Under the pieces are notes generated by a model. It was not told the origin of the DNA. It searched no databases and was given only the letters and a program-made list of their open reading frames with translations. A stretch of DNA of 64,000 nt from Gekko japonicus (lineage: Eukaryota). The position numbers were made by a program, and so were the translations under genes. Location: the NCBI RefSeq assembly GCF_001447785.1, contig NW_015172564.1, positions 920,736 to 984,735 of the forward strand. The letters run 5' to 3'. Shown one piece after another: positions 59,801 through 64,000 of the stretch. How positions within the stretch are numbered: position 1 is the first letter of the stretch; every line of letters begins with the position of its first letter.

Positions 59801-62274
59801 GCCTTAAGAACGAAAGGGAGACTGTTCAGAATCTAAAAAGCACACACACCCTGGGCAAACATAACGGACTGAGCAAGGATCAGAGTGAAAGTGCTAAAAA
59901 TGCAGTCTTTGGTACTGAATCTTATTGCTGATGATGAAAACTAAGGACATGGGCTGTTTAATTCATGAAGCTGCCAGCACTCAGGAATCCCCCAGTACCT
60001 TGTTCAGCATTTTGGGTTTTCCTGCTCTAGTTTCAGCACCGTGTTGTCATGGGCAGTGTTCCCTCTAAGCTGCGGAGTCGTGTGAGCAAAAACTCTACTT
60101 TGTGAGCTACTGGCATTAAAGTTGTAAGCGAACGATTTGGCTGCTGCATAAATTAGTGTGCTCTGGAGCCATCCTTCCTGAGCTAAGACAACAATCTGTG
60201 AGCTGGAGGCTAAAAACCTGTGAGTTAGCTCACACTAACTCAGCTTAGAGGGAACACTACTCATGGCTGCCGTGGGGGAATCCGGCTGTAAGAATGGTTT
60301 GCAGTAAAATGGAGACTGTCATCTCTATGTTCCAGGGGTTTATAAGCTCTTTGCAGACCCTCTTTCTTTCCCTGTCCCGGACGGAAGGGCTGCCCTTGCC
60401 TTCTCCTCCTGAGCTCTATAGCTTTAGGTCTGAGTACGGAGGACTGTGCTGATGCATCCCCCTCACCGGCAGCCTTTAAGCAGCGGCTGGACAAACCCTT
60501 GTCAGGGATGCTGCAGGCTGGTCGTGCATTGGGCAGGGGGTGGGACTAGATGGCCTGTCGGGCCCCTTCCGACTCTGTGACTCTATGATTCTGTGCCTTT
60601 TCTCCTCCAGCTAGGATCATCTGTATTTCTATGGCACTGACTCCGCTTCAAATTTATTTATTTATTTATTCATTTTATTAGATTTATATACTGCCCTCCC
60701 CAAAATGGGCTCAGGGCGATGTACAACAATTAAATAATACAATTAAAACAGTATTAAAATAACAATTTACACATAAGATATCATAAAATACCGTGTAACT
60801 ATAGAGGTAGTCCAATGACCGGTCAGAGTCAGGCCACTGGTGGACAATTTGGCCAGAAAAAGCTGGGCCAAAAAAACCAGGACCAGAGAAGCTGGGGGGG
60901 GGACGTCCGCTGCCTCAACCAAATGCCCGGGGGAAGAGCTCCATCTCGCAGGCCTTGCGGAACTGCAATAGGTCCTGCAGGGCCCTGGTCTCACACGGGA
61001 GCTCATTCCACCAGGTGGGGGGCAGGGCTGAAAAAGCCCTGGCCGTGGTCGAGGCAAGCAGGACGTCCCTGGGGCCGGGGACCACTAGCAGATGTTGATT
61101 TGTGGACCTCAGTGCCCTCTGGGGCTGATATGGGGAGAGGCGGTCTCTTAGGTACGCTGGCCCCCTGGCTTCTTGCTTCTTTCTCTTCCTCTCTGGCAGA
61201 AACAAAAGCACTTTGTAAACTCTCAGCCTGTACAGATTGCAGACCCAGGTACCATTCCTTTGGGTTGTGACCTCGGGGGTCATTCCCAGGGTGTAGAAGG
61301 CCTCTCACCAGACCATAGAGTCTTGCCTCCTTCACAGATGTGACAGAAAGAATGAAGACGTTTTTCCTGCCTCTGGTAGAGGGTAGTGCAGAATGAGACA
61401 CGTGCAACAGTTGGCTTGTTGGCATACACAGCACTTAACAGTTGATTGGGTGGTCACCAAAGGCTTGGAGAACATTTAGCCCCTGAAAGGTTTTGCTTTC
61501 ATGTAAGGTCCTCCTAAAAGCGTCCCTTCTTCCTCAAGACCGTGGGTAGTGAAGGTGATCTTAGGAGGATCCTGCAGGTGGGGGGACAGGGGGGACTGCT
61601 CTGAGATGGGCTGGTCGGCCGAGATACCTTTATTCAGGACACGAATGTGAATTCTGTCGTGAGTGTTTCTAATGGTGCGGGTCCTGTGTGCCTGGAAACG
61701 CTAAGCAAGTCTCTGACAAAATGATTCTTCCTCCCCCAGCCTAGCCAGGGAGTTCTGAGAGGGCAGAAAAGCTGTGTGTGGGGGGGGGGGCTGTGGATTT
61801 TTTAGGGGGGAGGCAGGGCAGCCCTGTAGACTTTACCTTTACACTAGCCAACAAGAGGGAATTTGCTGGCACATGTTCAACCAGCCCCCCATGTTTGGCG
61901 CAGGTTGCTTTGCACCTTCTCTGTGCTTATTTTTTTTGGGGGGGATTCCATCTTCACAGCAGTCTAGTGGGGGGGGGGGTGTACAGCAGCAGCTTGTGAC
62001 CACAGCTGGGTCTCTGCTGCATCCTGGCCGAGCTCATCAATGGCGCTTCTCTTTCTCTCCCCCCCCCCCCCCCCCCGCCTGCCTCGTGGGCCGGTCCCTC
62101 AGGAACGCCTCCACCGCCGTGTACGCCTGCCGGAACGCTGTCCAAGAGACGTACTTCCAACAGCTGGGCTCCCCCCTCCGCAATTCAGGGGCACCCAATC
62201 CCCGGGACAGTGCCTTCACCCTGCCCTCCAGGGCCAAGCAGAAGCTGCTGAAGCACGGCGTGAACCTGCTCTGA
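47821..62274 (+). CDS. HPS4: BLOC-3 subunit HPS4 (Rab32/38 GEF component), 13 coding exons; exon 6 out of phase in this assembly
   Basis: [69 protein letters not shown]-terminus [13 protein letters not shown]. Confidence 0.94.
47888..48119 (+). mobile_element. Same MITE family, decayed CpG-rich copy in HPS4 intron 1
   Basis: cagtgccccctctcagctg...tttagcctccggctcacac. Confidence 0.7.
48561..48651 (+). CDS. HPS4: HPS4 coding exon 2
   Basis: gcag|[17 protein letters not shown]...SPRQ|gtacgc. Confidence 0.94.
49156..49540 (-). mobile_element. CR1 LINE 3' fragment
   Basis: [32 protein letters not shown]. Confidence 0.88.
49841..50080 (+). mobile_element. tRNA-derived SINE (Squam3-like), 5' truncated
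   Basis: Same family. Confidence 0.8.
50677..50820 (+). CDS. HPS4: HPS4 coding exon 3
   Basis: gcag|[10 protein letters not shown]...GSYLW|gtgagt. Confidence 0.94.
50923..51030 (+). CDS. HPS4: HPS4 coding exon 4
   Basis: acag|[10 protein letters not shown]...QAYK|gtgagt. Confidence 0.93.
51213..51418 (+). mobile_element. Same MITE family
   Basis: Perfect TSD ctgcagag. Confidence 0.88.
52269..52385 (+). CDS. HPS4: HPS4 coding exon 5
   Basis: tcag|[11 protein letters not shown]...MDKTK|gtaacg. Confidence 0.92.
52478..52558 (+). CDS. HPS4: HPS4 coding exon 6 (5' end apparently missing 14 nt)
   Basis: ccag|G TTT CTG AAA: [13 protein letters not shown]...YKGL|gtgagt; homologous frame starts 1 nt into the exon. 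Confidence 0.8.
52854..52926 (+). CDS. HPS4: HPS4 coding exon 7
   Basis: ccag|[16 protein letters not shown]...NPE|gtaggt. Confidence 0.92.
53546..53585 (+). CDS. HPS4: HPS4 coding exon 8
   Basis: tttcag|[14 protein letters not shown]|gtaagt; phases fit. Confidence 0.75.
53740..53975 (+). mobile_element. tRNA-derived SINE (Squam3-like)
   Basis: Same family. Confidence 0.82.
54525..54872 (-). mobile_element. Sauria SINE
   Basis: (ACCTTT)n tail on the minus strand, gtggtcatgtggccggcatgac body, 13-bp TSD gggctcctttagg (54512, 54873). Confidence 0.88.
55012..55132 (+). CDS. HPS4: HPS4 coding exon 9
   Basis: ccag|...[30 protein letters not shown]|gtaagg. Confidence 0.85.
55302..55497 (-). mobile_element. 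Same MITE family
   Basis: Reverse-complement similarity. Confidence 0.8.
56137..56299 (+). CDS. HPS4: HPS4 coding exon 10 (5' boundary inferred)
   Basis: ttctcactgcag|G AGT is in phase with exon 9; [22 protein letters not shown]...IEDV|gtaaga. Confidence 0.75.
57303..57435 (+). CDS. HPS4: HPS4 coding exon 11
   Basis: tcag|[20 protein letters not shown]...NVLT G|gtgagg. Confidence 0.94.
57568..57855 (+). mobile_element. tRNA-derived SINE (Squam3-like)
   Basis: Same family. Confidence 0.82.
58671..58779 (+). CDS. HPS4: HPS4 coding exon 12
   Basis: ccag|[21 protein letters not shown]...ITVR|gtaagg. Confidence 0.93.
60054..60259 (-). mobile_element. Same MITE family
   Basis: TIRs cagtgttccctctaagctg / cagcttagagggaacacta. 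Confidence 0.85.
60650..61168 (-). mobile_element. L2-like LINE 3' fragment
   Basis: [20 protein letters not shown]...WWNELP; (ttta)n tail. Confidence 0.83.
62103..62274 (+). CDS. HPS4: HPS4 coding exon 13 (last)
   Basis: tcag|[21 protein letters not shown]...KHGVNLL*. Confidence 0.95.
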
Positions 62275-62975
62275 GCTGGCCAGGTGGCCCCCAGCGCAAA
62301 GAAGCCAGCCTTTGAACCTGGGGCAAAAGTGCCTTTCTTTTTTGAAGCAGGTGTGGGGCGGTGGGGGGAGGTCATTCCACACTGGATGATACACCTCCTT
62401 ACAGTTGTGCTTTGTCCAAGAAGGCACAGCCTTCCTGGTGGGGGTTGGGTGGCCTCCCCCTCCCCCTCCCCAGCTTCGGCAGCTGCAGGCGGGAAGGGTG
62501 GAAGGCGTCTTCTCGGGAGTTGCGCCGTTCTTCCCAGCTGAGACTGAAGGCCGCAGCTTCCTGCCTCCCGGAGGGAGGAGACGAGTCCACACCCGCAAGA
62601 ACGCTACAGCCCGCTGTCTTGAAAGCTCTCTGAATCTGCAAAGAGTGGCCACCTGGGGGTGGAAGGTTTTCAGACATGCCCTTGCAGCCGCACGTGCAAG
62701 TGAGATGAGACCTTGCAGGATGAGACCTGGGTGCTCTTCTCCGTGGCTGTGGGGGAGAGTCTCTGCCTTCCCCTCTCACAGAAGGTTTAACTGCTGGCCA
62801 CGTCTGTCATTTATGCGTCCTGACTGCTGATACCAAATGTTTGGCATGGACCACGCTCACACACACACACACGCCCTTTCCCGGGTGGGGATGGGGGACT
62901 CTCAATGGGAGGGGAAAGGAAATATGTTTCATGGGGGGCAGACTTTTTGTACACATGCAGGGGGAGCACTGATGT

Positions 62976-62981
62976 AATAAA
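62976..62981 (+). terminator. HPS4: Candidate HPS4 polyadenylation signal
   Basis: AATAAA ~700 nt after the stop, with upstream TGTA elements. Confidence 0.55.
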
Positions 62982-63029
62982 AGCTTCCCGCTCCAGCCGT
63001 GAGGCCTGCCTTTGAGTTGTTCATCCACG

Positions 63030-63282
63030 TGAAGAAGAGGAGATTGGATTTATACCCTGTCCTCCACTCGGAGTCTCAGAGTGGCTTACAAACGCCTTCC
63101 CCTCCCCACAACAGACACCCTGGGAGGTGGGCGGGGCTGAGAGAGCTCTCGAGAACTCGAGAGAACAGCTCTGAGAGAACTGTGACTGACCCAAGGTCAC
63201 ACCAGCAGCTGCATGCGGAGGAGTGGGGAGTCAAACCCGGTTCTCCCAGATTACAGTCCGTGCTCTTAACAACTACACCAAA
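63030..63282 (-). mobile_element. tRNA-derived SINE (Squam3-like)
   Basis: Same family, reverse. Confidence 0.82.
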
Positions 63283-63772
63283 TCGACCTTTTCCTTGCAG
63301 AGATCAGTGGGCCGGAGGCTGCCTTCTGTCCCTTGTGGTGGGGGCGGCGGCACCACCCTCCCTCTCCCCCTCTGAATTGGAGCCGGGAAGGGGCGGTGGG
63401 TGGAGACTCTAGCCATGTGACCTCCCCCCACACGCACACACCGCAGCAGCCGGGCCGTGGGTGGCTCAGTTTCCAACCATGCAGTGCTGTTTGCGTAGCA
63501 ACAAAAGCAGGGAGCTCAAACACCCGCTGTGCCTGCAGCTGCCTCCCGAAAAACAAGGCTTGCCGCCGGCCGGCCATCTGTCCGCACCAGCCGCCCGGCC
63601 AGAGGGTGGACGGACCTCAGTGCGGCCCTTCGGCAAGAGAGGCTTTGCTTGAGCAGAAGGCCGCCTGTGCCCCCCACAAAAGGGCAAGTCTCCAGCTCTG
63701 GTTCTCAGTTATCCACTCGCGTTTTGGTGGCAAAAGCAGGCTACTAGCAGTGCTCCCTCTAAGCTGAGTTAG

Positions 63773-64000
63773 TGATAAGATAATGCATGGGATAGAGCAG
63801 GCTGAAAAAGAGGTACTTTTCTCCCTTTCTCACAATACAAGAACTCATGGGCACTCCATGAAATTGCTGAGCAGTTGGGTTAGAGCAGATAAAAGGAAGT
63901 CCTTCCTCACCCAAAGAGCGATGAACACATGGAATTCACTGCCACAGGAGGTGGTGGCGGCTACAAGCATGGACAGCTTCAAGAGGGAACTGGATCAACA
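63773..64000 (+). mobile_element. CR1 LINE ORF2 C-terminal fragment (runs off the window)
   Basis: atgcatgggatagag...ggaattcactgccacaggaggtggtgg. Confidence 0.78.

Overview
GC-rich vertebrate genomic DNA from a gapped draft assembly (6 N-gaps). The repeat content points to a squamate, probably a gecko (inference from Sauria SINE, Squam-like SINEs, CR1, L2-like LINEs, Penelope-like palindromes and hAT MITEs). The window carries four spliced protein-coding genes in the same order as human 22q12, reversed: TPST2 (+, 373 aa), TFIP11 (+, 838 aa), SRRD (-, ~298-310 aa) and HPS4 (+). SRRD and HPS4 are head-to-head; TFIP11 and SRRD are tail-to-tail. All exons were traced by hand through GT-AG sites and phase. 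Main points of interest: (1) HPS4 exon 6 is out of phase (apparent 14-nt deletion), yet retaining the preceding 92-nt stop-free intron would restore the frame. (2) SRRD exon 3 has no in-phase GT donor at the homologous position. (3) HPS4 appears to lack most of the long central linker. (4) Two independent tandem arrays derive from CR1 3' ends: 129/134-bp units upstream of TPST2 and 194-bp units in TFIP11 intron 1. (5) Several Penelope-like inverted-repeat insertions carry hammerhead-like cores. (6) TPST2 has spliced and overlapping uORFs. I found no convincing new multi-gene system. The coding lesions may be assembly errors.
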